63,592 nt of DNA, filler included, from Octopus bimaculoides (GCF_001194135.2; 6 parts of 5 records of this genome joined end to end with filler, not necessarily neighbours in it); one strand, 5' to 3'. Positions 39,177 through 52,249 are shown, counted from the whole stretch's first letter. The notes: generated from the sequence alone by a model not told the origin. Program-made: numbers and translations.

Positions 39177-39767
39177 GTAGGGTTTGAAAGAACAAAGTTA
39201 GCAGGTTTTGTTGTTACCTTCACTCAACTGGAAGATAACTCAGTGATATAGACCACACAGAAATGATATGAAAACTTACAGGTTATGGCTAGCTGAAAAG
39301 AGAATCATACTCCACAATTTTAATAAATACGCCGATCAGATAATTTCGTTAAATGCCACCACTTCGATGAATATCTGCTGAAGCAATGGGAGAACATCGA
39401 TATTCAACCACTTACCAGGAGCATTTGCACTTACTCTATTTCCATCCTTGTTTTTAATATTCTATGCGACATACTTCTATAGTCCCTGATACCTACAATG
39501 TCTCTTCCGCGCCGGAAATTTATTTAACTGTATAGGCACAGTTGTAGTTGTGTGGCAAGATATTGACTTCCCAAACACATGTTTCCGGGCTCAGTGCCAC
39601 CGTGTCTCTTAAGTATGAACGTAATTAAGTATATGTGTGTATGCACTTGACAGAATATATCTGAAAATACATACACACACAAATTTCTACAAACACACAT
39701 ATAACTACACACACACACACGCATATGTATTTACACACACCCACACTCACTCATATATATATATATA

Positions 39768-39867
39768 NNNNNNNNNNNNNNNNNNNNNNNNNNNNNNNNN
39801 NNNNNNNNNNNTTAATTAATTAANNNNNNNNNNNNNNNNNNNNNNNNNNNNNNNNNNNNNNNNNNNN
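39768..39867. other. Artificial scaffold linker N44-TTAATTAATTAA-N44
   Basis: 12-mer at 39812-39823. Confidence 0.95.
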
Positions 39868-39922
<55 letters not shown>

Positions 39923-40636
39923 ATGAGCTTCTTTCACTTTCTGTCTACTCAATTCCTTCACAAGGTTTTGATCAGCTTGTGGCTATAGCAGTTGACACTC
40001 GCCTAAGAACATTTTATATTAAATCATTTCAAAAGGGCTGGTAATATTGGAACAGTACCACATTCTCTAAAGAACTTGTCAAAGACTGATCTGCATTAAA
40101 TACTAACCATAGACTAATTCATCAAGCATGCAAGAAAATAAACAGACACCACCAAGACTGCTAACTAATAACACCACCAACAAGATCAACAATGAAAACA
40201 GCAACAATAACAACAGTAATATTATATATACTCAATACAGAGCATTTTATACACAAATTTCTGATCAAATATCACAATATACTTTTTATTGCCCACTTGT
40301 GTGTTGTTCAATCTTATCCTCTTTACTCAGTCAAACTAAAATAAGTGAATGAAGTGCGCCTCTACATGGTTGCATGGTCTACAGAAAACAGCTGCTAAAT
40401 TTTCTCTTAACAAAACAGGACAAATTCATAATGTAGTCCAGGATGTACTATGCCACTTGAAAAAAATGATGAGTTGGTTATAGCTGAAGTACCTTTGATG
40501 ATAGGTCAATTGGCTGGGGTTGATTTATGCTTTACAATCAACAACAGAGTAAATCAAGTTAGTCATCCACAACATAAATATCAACTTACTTCCATATATG
40601 GTCATGGTGATAATTGAATTTTTCACACCTCTAATC

Positions 40637-40790
40637 AGGTATGGTTCTGTGGTTAAAAACTTGCTTTGCAACCAAGTGATACCTGGTTTGATTCCACTAT
40701 ATGGCACCTTGAGCAAGTGTATTCTACCATTGCCTCTCAGTGAGGCAAGCCTTGTGAATAGAATCTGAAGATGGAAACTGTGTGAAAGTC
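40637..40790 (+). mobile_element. SINE type C head and core
   Basis: ggtatggttctgtggttaaaaacttgct...gcaccttgagcaagtg...gatggaaactg. Confidence 0.7.
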
Positions 40791-40964
40791 CATTTGAATG
40801 GCAAGACTGCTTTCTGTTGTTGGGTCAGTAGATTTAATCCATCATTCAGTTTAACACCTCCATTTTGGTGCTACCCTCCTTCCTTTCACACAAACATTAA
40901 TTAGAAATTAAAATAAAAATTGATTCACAAGCAATCACTATTGAACATGTGCTTCCCATTACAG

Positions 40965-41073
40965 CAAGGTTCATGTCAGTTTCTGTGTTCATGACAACTT
41001 CAATATAACTTCATCTAGTTTGTGTTCAAAAACTGACAGAACACGTTGCACAGTTCCCACTCAGATATCCACT
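40965..41073 (+). CDS. Weak candidate exon
   Basis: cttcccattacAG|C acceptor, open frame KVHVSFCVHDNFNITSSSLCSKTDRTRCTVPTQIST (3 Cys, NIT sequon), donor ACT|GTattg. Confidence 0.2.
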
Positions 41074-42656
41074 GTATTGTAACATAATTAATTACACTTT
41101 TCATCACACAGCACCTTCATTATAGCACATCATGCTTGCTAAACCTGTCATGTTTGAATGAGGTGTACAGTCTTTTAACACTTCCGTTACATTTAGAAAG
41201 TGATGATTTGTCAAACCAACAAAATTAATTACAATTTTCACCTATAACATACAACAATCTATGATATGTGTGCAATCTTCAAGTGAAGGTAGATCTAAAG
41301 GCAGTCTAAGAAGACTTAAAATTGTAACAGGCTGATTCTTGAAAATATACATGCTATAATTAACTTTGATTCTAATTCACTTTCTCCCAAATTAACATTG
41401 GCTTTCATCTCTATATAATGATAGTTGATATGAATATTGGTTGGTTAGTTGATTGGTTGGTTGGTTGGTTCTTTATATTTTACATCATATAAAAAGAGGA
41501 GAAGAGAGAGAGAGAGAGAGAGTAAATGACAGATTTGGAGAGAGGTAACATAAAGGTATGCACAGGGCTGGATTAAGACTCATAGAGGCCCTGAGCATTT
41601 GAAAGATTTTAGTGCCTCAATATATATGTAATTCAAAATATAAACAATAATAGATCATCAGATAAATTTTAATTTTCAAAATGAAACAAATCTAATAATA
41701 AGATGGAAAATAATGTTCATTTTTGTATACTTCCACTTTATTTGTGGAAGTTTTCTCTACTTTTTTTAATTGCAAAGTCTTTGATCAGATCCTCAAAATT
41801 AATTTTACTTAACACATTTACTTCTATACTTAGTAGAGATAAGGCATCCCAAATATTATCATAGCAAGTTTAAAGAGATATCTTTGGTGTCATAAACTAT
41901 CTACCATTTTTGGGGTGCATCTCACCTTCCCTTGATGCCCTACCATGCTCTTAATTTGCTTCCTGGTTAATCCCGTACTAGGGGTGCTGGATGAGTGCAC
42001 ATAGAGGTTTGGTAGCAAATATTTTTCTTTTGAAAGTTAATATTCATTTCATCATTTTATATAAACACCAAGAAATTTGATAAAAGTTATGTTATAATTA
42101 TTGTATATATGCCATATTTCTTGATACTACCCATGCTCGCTAAAGTATACTTCTAAAGTCGCCTGTATATGACAGGCAAAATCTAATTTAAAATATACAT
42201 AACAATACTAAATTTCTTTACATAAGTTTAAGGGGTTGTTGCTGTTGTTGTTGTTGTCATTTAGCACCAGGTTAGCTCTCATCAAATAAACCTAGAAACA
42301 AATACATTCCGAATTTGACCTTCCTGTTTATTTCATATTTTTCCGTAAGACAATTGAGGTGAAAAATGAAGTAAATGAATCACTATTTCTTGTATGTTGA
42401 GCAAGCACAATATTTTAAATGATGTTGTTCGTCTTGGTGTTGTTCTTCTTTAACCCTGAATAATCCCCAATCAAGCAGAACTATATTCAAAGTCACTACA
42501 GCATTAATCATTCCTTTTTTGGAGACACATTGTACCTGGGACAACATTATAATGTTGATAATTATCAATATGACCTTCCATTTTGAAAGATAGCAAGATG
42601 TAATAAGTGAAAGATTTGGCTACCTTAGGAAACACACTCTTCGGCCATACTACTGC

Positions 42657-43225
42657 ATGAGGGCCTACTTTCTGTTGAGTGCAACATATAGGAAAAGACT
42701 TTAAGGGGACTAGCATTCACAAGGGCCTACTTCTTGTTAGGTGTAACATATAGGAAGAGACTTTAAGGGATCTAAAAATCACAAGTGTCTATTTCCTGTC
42801 AGCTTTAGAATATAGGAAGAGGGTTTAAGGGGACCAGCATTCTCAAGGGCCTACATCCTGTCAGGTTTAGATTATAAGAAGAGAGTTTAAGGGATCTATC
42901 AATCACAAGGGCCTATTTCTGTCAGGTGTAGCATATAGGAAGAGGCTTTGAGGGAAACTACCTGCATCAGTTATTAGCTGTCGAGACACTACATCTTTCA
43001 AAACTTCTGTGCTTCCTGAAATCCGCCAGCAGTACACCTGATGGGTATTTTGTTTCTTAGTTATAGTGCACCTGAGCTCTGTATACAACAATTTCTTTCA
43101 TTTATATATGTATCTAGCAAACACAAGGACCTACTTCCTGCCAGATTTAGAATACTGGAAGAGAGTTAAGGGATCTAGCAATTACAAAGGCCTACATTCT
43201 GTCAGGTTTAGCTTATAGGAAGTTT
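42657..43225. repeat. Minisatellite of about 62 bp: about 5 tandem units, an interruption, then about 1.5 units
   Basis: Unit approximately aagggcctacttcctgtcaggtgtagcatataggaagagactttaagggatctagcaatcac; units start near 42660, 42721, 42783, 42846, 42907, 43125 and 43186. Confidence 0.9.
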
Positions 43226-43689
43226 AATGAGTTTGTTATGAATAAGATGATGAAATCTGTTGAGATTTTTGACAAACAAAATTTTATACTTGTTGTAAAC
43301 AAAAAGCAGATATTGTTGATGCTACAAACAACAAAATGGGGAGAAAGTTTGAATGTGATTGTTCTTGATGTAATTGTAATAGTAGTCAAAAGGTTAGCTG
43401 CTGGTTGTGTTGTTGTCATCAATTATTCATTGTGATCATTGTCAGCTCAGCTCAGCTGCTGTCTGTCATCTCTGTTGGCTGTCAATGCTCTCTCCCAAGT
43501 AGCTAAGATGTGTTGAATACATACAGAGGAAATGGCTCAGAGAGAAACGCACAAAAGGATGAAATTGTTGCTGGAGCCAGTTCTAAGCAAAGTCATGATT
43601 GGTTAGATTTTATCATGTGGGTAATATTCTAGCAGATCACAACATCGGGTGTAGTGATCTGACTGCTGCATATTCCTACTACAAGTCTA

Positions 43690-43930
43690 TCAACTACAAG
43701 AGCCTACTTCAGAATAGTTTAAAGTATTGGCTAAAATACCAGTATTTTTTCCAAATTCTCTATACTCTGAATTCAAATCCTGTCAAGGTCTACGTTGACT
43801 TTCAACCTTTCAGGGGTCAATAAAATAATTCCAATCTAGAGCAATGAATTGGGAGAACTGTATGAATGTTGGATTAGATGCCTTGTGGTATTTGCCCTAG
43901 CTCTATGCTGAGTTCAAATCCTACTTTATC
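43690..43930 (+). mobile_element. Two partial SINE type D copies
   Basis: tctgaattcaaatcctgtcaaggtc...ttcaggggtcaataaaata; gctgagttcaaatcc. Confidence 0.6.
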
Positions 43931-44089
43931 ATATCTGAGTGGTAAACTAAAGACATTGCCACCACTCAGTATCTTAAGTAACTTTAGCTGAGTCCACTTT
44001 GATGCAAGTATTCAAGCCAGGTCTTTAATCTGTGGATACCTTCGTCCCTTTCATTCTCCTTCCCACTAGCATTGGCCCTGTAAAGAGTC

Positions 44090-44165
44090 AAGGACACTGC
44101 TCTTCCATCTTGACCAGGTAGTGGTGGTGGTGGTGGTGATGGTAGTGATGATGGTGTGGTGCTAC

Positions 44166-44196
<31 letters not shown>

Positions 44197-44651
44197 AACG
44201 AGGAGGAGGATAATAATTGTGAAGATGATAATTTAGAATGAGGAGGAGGGGGATTGTGAAAAAGGATGTTTGTATGGTGATGATGATGACAATAAGGAGG
44301 AGGAGGGGAGGGGGGAGGGGAGGAAGAGAAGAAGAAAAAGAAGAAGAAGAAGAAGAAGAAGAAGAAGAAGAAGAAGAAAAAGAAGAAGAAGAATGGTTGT
44401 AAAGATGATTCTGTGGGTATGGTGATGGTGTTGCTGATCATCATCATGTTGACAGGACAACAATGGCGATGATGACAGTGATACTGATGGTGATGAGTGG
44501 CAGAAGAGGAAGAGGAGGGGGAATGGAAGAGGAGGGGGAAAAGAAGCGGAGAGGGAAAGGAAGAGGAGGAGTATGATTGTAAAGACGATAATGTTTGCAT
44601 GGTGATGATGTTGCTGATCACCATCATCATGTTGACAGGACAATAACGACA

Positions 44652-44694
<43 letters not shown>

Positions 44695-45330
44695 GTGGGG
44701 GAAGAAGAAGAAGAATGATTGGAAAGATGATGTTTGTATGGTGATGATGTTGAGGATGATCATCATCATCGTGTTGACAATGATGATGATGATGATGATG
44801 ATGATAAGCTATAGTAAATATCATAAACCAGAATGCAGCATAAGTAATATGTCATGAATCAATGACTGTATCACCCTGCAACTTGACAATGTACATCCTC
44901 AGTGCCAGTGACATACCATAATGGATTTGTCATGGTGGTGGTGGTGGTGGTTGTAGTGGTGGTGGTGGTAATAAAGAGGATGAGGATGATGATCCTGATA
45001 ATGATTGTATAGGAGTGGGTGCAGCGCCAGTGGTTTATGATAATGACAACCTTGGTTATAAAGAACATGAGAGTGCTAATGATGATAATGGTGCGGTGGT
45101 GGTGGTAGTAATGGCTGCAGAGGCATGGCGATGGCAGTGGGTATAATGGTGGGAAGATAGTAGTGGTGGTAATAGCGATGATGGTAGTGGTTATGATGAT
45201 GATGATGATGATGATCCTGATAATAGCTGTATTAGGAGTGGGGGCAGTTATAATTAGGGTGGTTATAAAAAACTTGACAATGCTGATGGAGATGGTGGTG
45301 GTGGTGGTGGTGGCGGTGGTGGTGGCGGCG
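44090..45330. repeat. Compound trinucleotide repeat block (GAT/GGT/GAG/GAA) containing a 3-4-copy VNTR
   Basis: Conserved core (gattgtaaagatg...tgtttgtatggtgatgatgttgctgatcatcatcatgttgaca) near 44250, 44392, 44572 and 44712. Confidence 0.88.
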
Positions 45331-45769
45331 GTGGTGGTGACAGCAGCGGTGGTGGAATATATATATATAATGTCAGGGCTAAATGTGAATTTAGAATGAA
45401 TTAAACTAGATAAAAATGTCAAAAGGAATAAGCTTCTTAGATGCTCTTCTTTGTGAGAGTTTGGGTGGTGACATAAAAAAAAATAAAAAATGAAAACAAA
45501 ACCACCCAAGGTAATTAAGTGTAATGAATGTAATAGTTGGCTATGTGAAACATAAGGTGGTATTTTTGTTGAATTAACTAACAACAGGAAGAAAGACAGC
45601 TAGGGGGCACAGATGTAACAAATAGATATTATGTTTGGTATGCGTTTGTAACTAGAGTTTACATTTGAATAACAAAACTCATCAAATTCTATTTGCGTTG
45701 TCAGTGGTAGCCATTGGACTCAATATGATCAGCATAAAATAAACCAGCAGCTAAAAAAACAGACAGTAA

Positions 45770-45920
45770 TAGGTGAAGGTGTGACTGTGCGGTAAGAAGT
45801 TTTGGGTTCAGTCTCGTTGTGTGGAATCTCAAACAAGTGTCTTCTACTATAGACCCAGATTGACCAAAGATTTTGTGAGTCGAATGGTACACAGAAATGA
45901 AAAGAACCCATCATATGTAC
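45770..45920 (+). mobile_element. SINE type C head and core
   Basis: gtgactgtgcggtaagaagttt...caagtgtcttctactatag...gaaaagaaccc. Confidence 0.65.
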
Positions 45921-46049
45921 ATATATACATACATATATATATAGTTTGATAGCACTAATGCACAAAACTCTTGGCCCATGAGTCACTATGTTGCTCCAAC
46001 TAAATATTTATTTACATACATATATATATATATTGAACTAAATTTGTAG

Positions 46050-46365
46050 ACTGGCACCCATGCCAACGTCTCTTCATTCAACACTAAACTCGGCTTGCGA
46101 AGACCTGTTGGGGCAAACGAAAGCGAAATCATGATGGTACCTGTACCAGTAAATTACTAAGAGCACCGTCCGAGCGTGATCGTTGCCAGAGCACCAGCTG
46201 TCTGGCTTCCGTGACGGTGGCACATAAATAGCACCATTTGAGCATGGCCGTTACCAACATCGCCTTCCTGGCATTTGTGCCAGTGGCACGTGAAAAGACA
46301 TTCGAGCAAGTTCGTTGCCAGTACCACTGGACTGGCCCCTGTGCAGGTGGCACGTAAATGGGTTT
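46050..46365 (+). mobile_element. Same modular repeat family as 49219-49625, partial
   Basis: gatcgttgccagagcacc...gtggcacataaa...tcgttgccagtaccactggactggcccctgtgcaggtggcacgtaa. Confidence 0.75.
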
Positions 46366-46719
46366 TGTGAGTTGGTATACATGGGGGAGAGAAAAGGAAG
46401 AAAGAGAGAGAGAGCAGAGAAAGGAATGAAAATAAGACAGGGGTAACAAGGTGAAAAAAAAACTTTAATAAAAAAATAATAATTAATAAATAAAATTAAA
46501 TTGAATTCATGGCAAACACTAGGCTTAAAAAAACGCATCACTAAACTCAGTCCTAGGGGCACATGTCCCATTATTAGACAAAATAACCTTTCCATGATAG
46601 ATAGACAAACTAAAACCTGGAAGGATCTCAGGTGAAACACTTCTGTACACCCTATGCTCACCTGTGTAACACCTGATTGAAACTCAAACTGATAAACAAC
46701 AATGAGTCCAGCAACTCTC

Positions 46720-47860
46720 ATCTAACAAATACAATAGATTATAACCCCTCCCTATATTGTCTAACGAAAGCGGGGGTAGTTTGATTCTCTGGCTTACACC
46801 CCATTCGTTTTAAACATTATGGGCTTAACCAATGCCTTCTTTCAAATAGTAGACTCTAACTTCCCATGTCACCATAAATACCATTCAATCTTTCATAGAT
46901 CTACCCTAAAATTATCCTACTCCTCTCTGCCCAGTATAGAATCTATTGTTACTTCTTCCAATAATTGAAAACTTAATTCTTACAACCTAAATATATATAA
47001 TATATATTTGTCAAAGCCACAAAAACATTAATACCAATATTGATGATACGCACCACACCCACAACCCTAACACTACAACCAGAATTAACCAAGATACAAA
47101 CATCCCCGTTTCCTATGAAAGTCAAAGTGTAGCTGAGACAAATTTTGATACTAATAGCAACACCACTAATACTAATATTAGTAACTTTAATATGACCACT
47201 ACTACCACTACTACTAACAATAATATTATTAATAATAATAATACCATTACTACTTCTAATAATAATAACAGTAATAAAGATAATAACAACAATAATAATA
47301 ATACAATCCAATCCCCTAATAACACCCTTAATTTTAATTTTAATTTCTCCATAAATAGTACATCTTCCCTTTCTACTAATAGCACTCGTAGGACAGACAG
47401 CTGCAACTGCCAATCTGTGACCGAATGCCCATTGCAAGCCCACTGCAGAAGGTTTAACATAGTATACAAATGCACAGTCTACAACATATTGCATAATTCT
47501 ACTAACTACTATATCGGATCTACTATTAATATAAGACAGAGATATTCTGTGCATATAAACTCATTTAGTATGAGGAGCATAGCAAATCTACCTCTCTAGC
47601 CAACCATATACACCATCTAACGAATAGAAAATTACCATATAGGATATCATGGGCCATAATAGATTCCAGGGTCTCATACCAAGGCCAGCTATCCACTTGT
47701 GGACTATGCCTAAAAGAAGCCTTCCAAATATTAATGCATAATTCACTGCAATTACTAAATAAACAACACAAAGCTTTTTCTACATGTTGTCATAGGTTCT
47801 ATCACACCTTTAAATTCTTCCATAAGTGCAAATGCAAACAAAATCAACACACATAACACA
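46720..47860 (+). mobile_element. Penelope-like element, 3' half (linker plus GIY-YIG endonuclease), decayed
   Basis: FQIVDSNFPCHHKYHSIFHRSTLKLSYSSLP...SCNCQSVTECPLQAHC...IVYKCTV...YYIGSTINIRQRYSVHINSF, then after a frameshift TSLANHIHHL...SWAII...CGLCLKE. Confidence 0.88.
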
Positions 47861-48574
47861 TCCATCCATGGTCATTAGAATATATATATATATANNNNNN
47901 NNNNNNNNNNNNNNNNNNNNNNNNNNNNNNNNNNNNNNNNNNNNNNATATATATATGTATATATGCATGTATATGTGTATGTGTGTGTATATGTAAGCAT
48001 GTATGCATACATATATGTGTATGAATATGTGTATGTGTATGTTTGTATATATGTGTATGTATATGTATGTGTGTGTGTGTGTGTGGTGTGTGCGTGTGTG
48101 TGTGTACAATTTCTTCTTTTTCCTCTACCTCTCTATCAGCATAAGTATCTTAGAAGCTAACTAGTTTCATTTCAATAGTTTTTAGTTCTCGTAGCTTTTA
48201 GGTTTTATTTTTCTTAGTTTGTAATTTTAAGTTTAGGTTTTAAGTTTTAAGCTTTAATTTTAAGCTTTAATTTTTAATTTTAAGATTTAAGTTTAATTCT
48301 TAAGCCTTTATCTCATATCATTTAATTGCTATTAAGCTTGAAATATAATTCTAAATATCTGTATTAGCCACTATAATATTGTCCTTTGTAACCCCCACTT
48401 TACTGAAACTTTAACGCTTGACCACTCACCCCAGGCAACATACCCATGCATAGTCTTTTATTTTTTGTATGCCGAGTGCTTTCCATCAGGTCTTCTGTAT
48501 ATGTATGTAAGTATGTATGTATGCATGTATGTGTGTATGTATGTATGTGTGTATGTGTGTGTGTATATACATAC

Positions 48575-49000
48575 ATATGTGTGTGTGTGAGTGTGTGTCT
48601 GTGTTTTTCCCCCAATCACTGCTTGTTGACTGGTGTTGGTTTGTTTACATACCCATAACTAAGCACTTAGGCAAAAGAGACTGATAGAATAAGTACCAGG
48701 CTTTAAAAAGACAAGTACAGAGACTGATTTGGTGAACTAAAACTCTTCGAGTCAGTACCCCAGCATGGCCACAGTCCAATGACTGATACAAGTAAAATAT
48801 AAAATGATTCTTGCTTGTCTCATTATGAAATCTTTACATTTACCTTGCTTATTTCTTGATACTTAATTATTCAGGTGCAGGTATGGCTGTGTGGTTAAGA
48901 AGTTTGCTTCCCAACTAAGTGGTTTGGGATTCTGTTCCACTGAGTGCCACTGAGTGGCACCTTGAGCAAGTGTCTTCTACCATAGCCTCAGGCCAATTGA
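48575..49000 (+). mobile_element. SINE type C tail (48575-48790) and a second head (48874-49000)
   Basis: Matches the type C tail and head motifs. Confidence 0.75.
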
Positions 49001-49218
49001 AACCTTGTGTGTGTTCATGTCATTAATTCTAAGCAAGTGTCACCATCATACAAGCATTATCATTCATTTCTAGCTTTCTGTGGAAACATGTCCAACCAAG
49101 GAGAAATACTGGTTTTAAATTTTGGCACAAGGCTAGCAATTTTGGGGGAGGGTATGAATCAGTGCTCAAATGATACTTATTTTATCAATCCCGAAAGGAT
49201 GAAAGGCAAAATCGACGC

Positions 49219-49625
49219 TGTGAGATCGTTGCCAGTGAGATCGTTGCCAGTGCCCCTGGACTGGCTCTTGTGCGGGTGGCACATAAGATGTACCATCTTG
49301 AGCGTGACCATTGCCAGTACCGCCTGACTGGCCTTTGTAGGGTTTTCAAGCGAGATCGTTGCCAGTGCCCCTGGACTGGCTTGTGCGGGTGGCACATAAA
49401 AGACACCATTTTGAGCGTGGCCGTTTTTGTGCGGGTGACACGTAAAAGCACCCACTACACTCTCTGAGTGGTTGGCGTTAGGAAGGGCATCCAGCTGTAG
49501 AAACTCTGCCAAATTAGATTGGAGCCTGGTGTTGCCATCCGGTTTCACCAGTCCTCAGTCAAATCGTCCAACCCATGCTAGCATGGAAAGCGGACGTTAA
49601 ACGATGATGATGATGATGATGATGA
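49219..49625 (+). mobile_element. Young modular SINE-like element with tandem internal modules and an RTE-type 3' tail ending in (GAT)n
   Basis: Repeated module gagatcgttgccagtgcccctggactggc...gtgcgggtggcacataa. Tail gagtggttggcgttaggaagggcatccagc...cccatgctagcatggaaagcggacgttaaac(gat)n. Confidence 0.8.
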
Positions 49626-50277
49626 ACATAAAGACAGGTGAAATGTCACTAAGCATATTGCCCAGTACAATAGCAATTCTGCCACCTCACTATCTTACCC
49701 AGGAGAAATATTACCATACTTGGAAACAGGTTAGGTTTGGCATCAGGAAAGGATGCCTATCTGTAAAAAAAATGAGACTCAATGAATTTTGTCAAGCATG
49801 GTAAAGTAGACACTAAAACAATGATAATGACAACAACAATAATGATGAAGATGATGATGATGATGATGATGATGACGGCGACGATGATGACAACAACAAT
49901 GATGATCATGGTGACGGTGGTGGTTTCTAATTTAAGAAATGTCATTTAATTCCACTAATCCACACTTTTTAGATTCATAGTTATTTTGCCTCAGGTTTTC
50001 CAACACCTTTACATGATACATAATTATTATAACCTTAAAATCTTTTTTATCTTTTACTTTCTTTATTTTTCTTCTGCTTGCCTTTTATTCTTCATTGATT
50101 TCCTTCTTTTATTTCTTACAATCACTCTTTTTTTTTTTAATAAACCCCATTAGAACTCAGATATAACTAGTTACAGAAAATTTCATCATGAGGAATTAAC
50201 CTACTCTTTAATTGTATTTCACAACCTTCCACTGCCTCACACACCAAAATATTCCATGGATAAATGTTCTACACATA

Positions 50278-50437
50278 GGCACAAGCATGGCTGTCTGCTT
50301 AAGAGGTTTGCTCCCCAACCACATGGTTCTGAGTTCAGTCCCATGCATGGCACCTTGGGCAAATATCTTCTTCTATTGCCCCAAACCAGCCAAAGACTTG
50401 TGAGTGGATTTGATAGATGGAAACGGAAAGAAGCCTG

Positions 50438-50484
<47 letters not shown>

Positions 50485-50680
50485 GTATTTGTCCCTCACT
50501 ACTGCTTGACAACCAGTGCTGGTTTGTTTACATCCCCATCACTTAGCAGTTAAGCAAAAAAAAACCAATAAAATAAGTATCAAGCTTAAAAACAGAAAGA
50601 AAGTTCTGGAGTCGATTTGTTTGACTAAACCCTTCACAGTGATACTCTAGCATGGCCGCTGTCTTGTTACTGAAATGAGT
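50278..50680 (+). mobile_element. SINE type C, full length, CpG-decayed
   Basis: Same architecture as the 36763 copy, with CG-to-TG/CA changes. Confidence 0.85.
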
Positions 50681-51061
50681 AAATTACATACACTATTTAT
50701 GTTCTAGACATCAACAACATATTCACTTCAACTTGGAAGTTCCTGAAGTCCAAGAGAGATAATTCCACAATTTCTCACTGAACAATCTGTACAGATGATT
50801 TATTTATCATGATCAAATGTTTGTGCTGCACATGAGCTCATTCCCTCCACCAAATAAACAATATCTGTACAGGTGCATGGTGTACCACAAATCAGATGCT
50901 GAAGTGATATACATTATATATTCTGGAACTAACTCAGACATTTATATTCTACACATAAACTGTATACAAGGGGCTGCTGAAATAATATACAAGGAGATCT
51001 TGTGCTAAACTTTGAAATTAATATGTGTCTTCCATGCTGTAATCATTTTAGTTTCAACATA

Positions 51062-51277
51062 TGAGGGGATGCTAAAAAGTGCCTGGCTTTGGGTAAAAGA
51101 AAATACAAGAGGATCAGTTACTTATGATTTAATTCAACATATTCCCCTTTCAGATTCATACACTTATTGCAGCAGTCCTTCAGTTTTTCTAAGCCCTGTA
51201 AAAGGATTCAGAAGGTTGGGCCTCCAACTAGACCTATCATGATATCCTTAAAGCCAGGAACTTTTCAACACCCCTCG
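51062..51277. mobile_element. Mariner-type MITE with TIRs of about 28 bp and a TA TSD
   Basis: TA|tgaggggatgctaaaaagtgcctggcttt ... aaagccaggaacttttcaacacccctcg|TA. Confidence 0.9.
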
Positions 51278-51542
51278 TATATACTATATATTCTGTAACT
51301 AACATAGTTGATGTGGGACTGTTAGTGACCAAGTTACTGACAGTGTGACAAAAATTTTGACATCAAGTGATAAATATTTAAGTGAAGTTAACAGTCTTTG
51401 TATTTTTGAATGGCTTGAGCCTTCCACACTGTAATTTCATTAGTTGCAAGACAGTCTCAGATCTAGTCACTTGTGAGAATAAGTACAACTCTAGAACAGA
51501 TATTTATGTTCACCACATAAGCTATAAATACATGTGTGTGTA

Positions 51543-51585
<43 letters not shown>

Positions 51586-51840
51586 TATTAGGGATAAAAA
51601 TCCAAATTTACAGGTAAAAACTCAATTAAATTCAATTTATCAAAGATTAAAATTAAATTAAGTTTCACAGTATAAAATATATAAATATATAGTTTTAGAG
51701 AAAAGAACCAAAGTTCATGAACTCATCCATGAAAATCCAGTCACATATCGAAAAATTAATAAGTAAATGCACAATAAGTAAGTATAATATAATACAAAGT
51801 AAAAATCATAAAATAATGATAATAATAATTATTATTATTG

Positions 51841-51884
<44 letters not shown>

Positions 51885-51993
51885 TTTCTTCTTTCTTCAA
51901 ATTTTCTTCCATTTCTCGCCGAGTGTTTTCCATACACCTAGGGCAGAGAAACTCGTTGTATGCATTCCCAGTTTACACATGCAAATTCACAGG

Positions 51994-52093
51994 NNNNNNN
52001 NNNNNNNNNNNNNNNNNNNNNNNNNNNNNNNNNNNNNTTAATTAATTAANNNNNNNNNNNNNNNNNNNNNNNNNNNNNNNNNNNNNNNNNNNN
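51994..52093. other. Artificial scaffold linker N44-TTAATTAATTAA-N44
   Basis: 12-mer at 52038-52049. Confidence 0.95.
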
Positions 52094-52249
52094 TAATCTG
52101 TTATATTTTCTCTTTAAGAAATCAGATAATAAACTTATTTAATACATCAGTTTGGTTGATGTCAACTGTTGATAACTTGAAGGCACATATGTAATGAGAC
52201 AGTTGAAACCTTCAGGATACAGGTACAAATGTAATCCCAGGAGAAGAGG

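Noticed and set aside
42657-44800. CRISPR-like repeat/spacer appearance of the two tandem arrays
   Set aside because: Eukaryotic context and no cas genes. The first array has no spacers, and the second has low-complexity triplet spacers.
44088-45584. Long 178-237 aa minus-strand ORFs (poly-S/H/F/I/T)
   Set aside because: Antisense read-through of GAT/GGT/GAA trinucleotide repeats; no domain or splice evidence.
50810-50920. Minus-strand CTDIVYLVEGMSS resembling a vWA start
   Set aside because: The frame terminates within about 10 codons and the MIDAS DxSxS motif is absent.
52119-52190. 72-bp phase 2-2 mini-exon NQIINLFNTSVWLMSTVDNLKAH
   Set aside because: Plausible splice sites but no domain signal, and it lies next to a linker; insufficient evidence.
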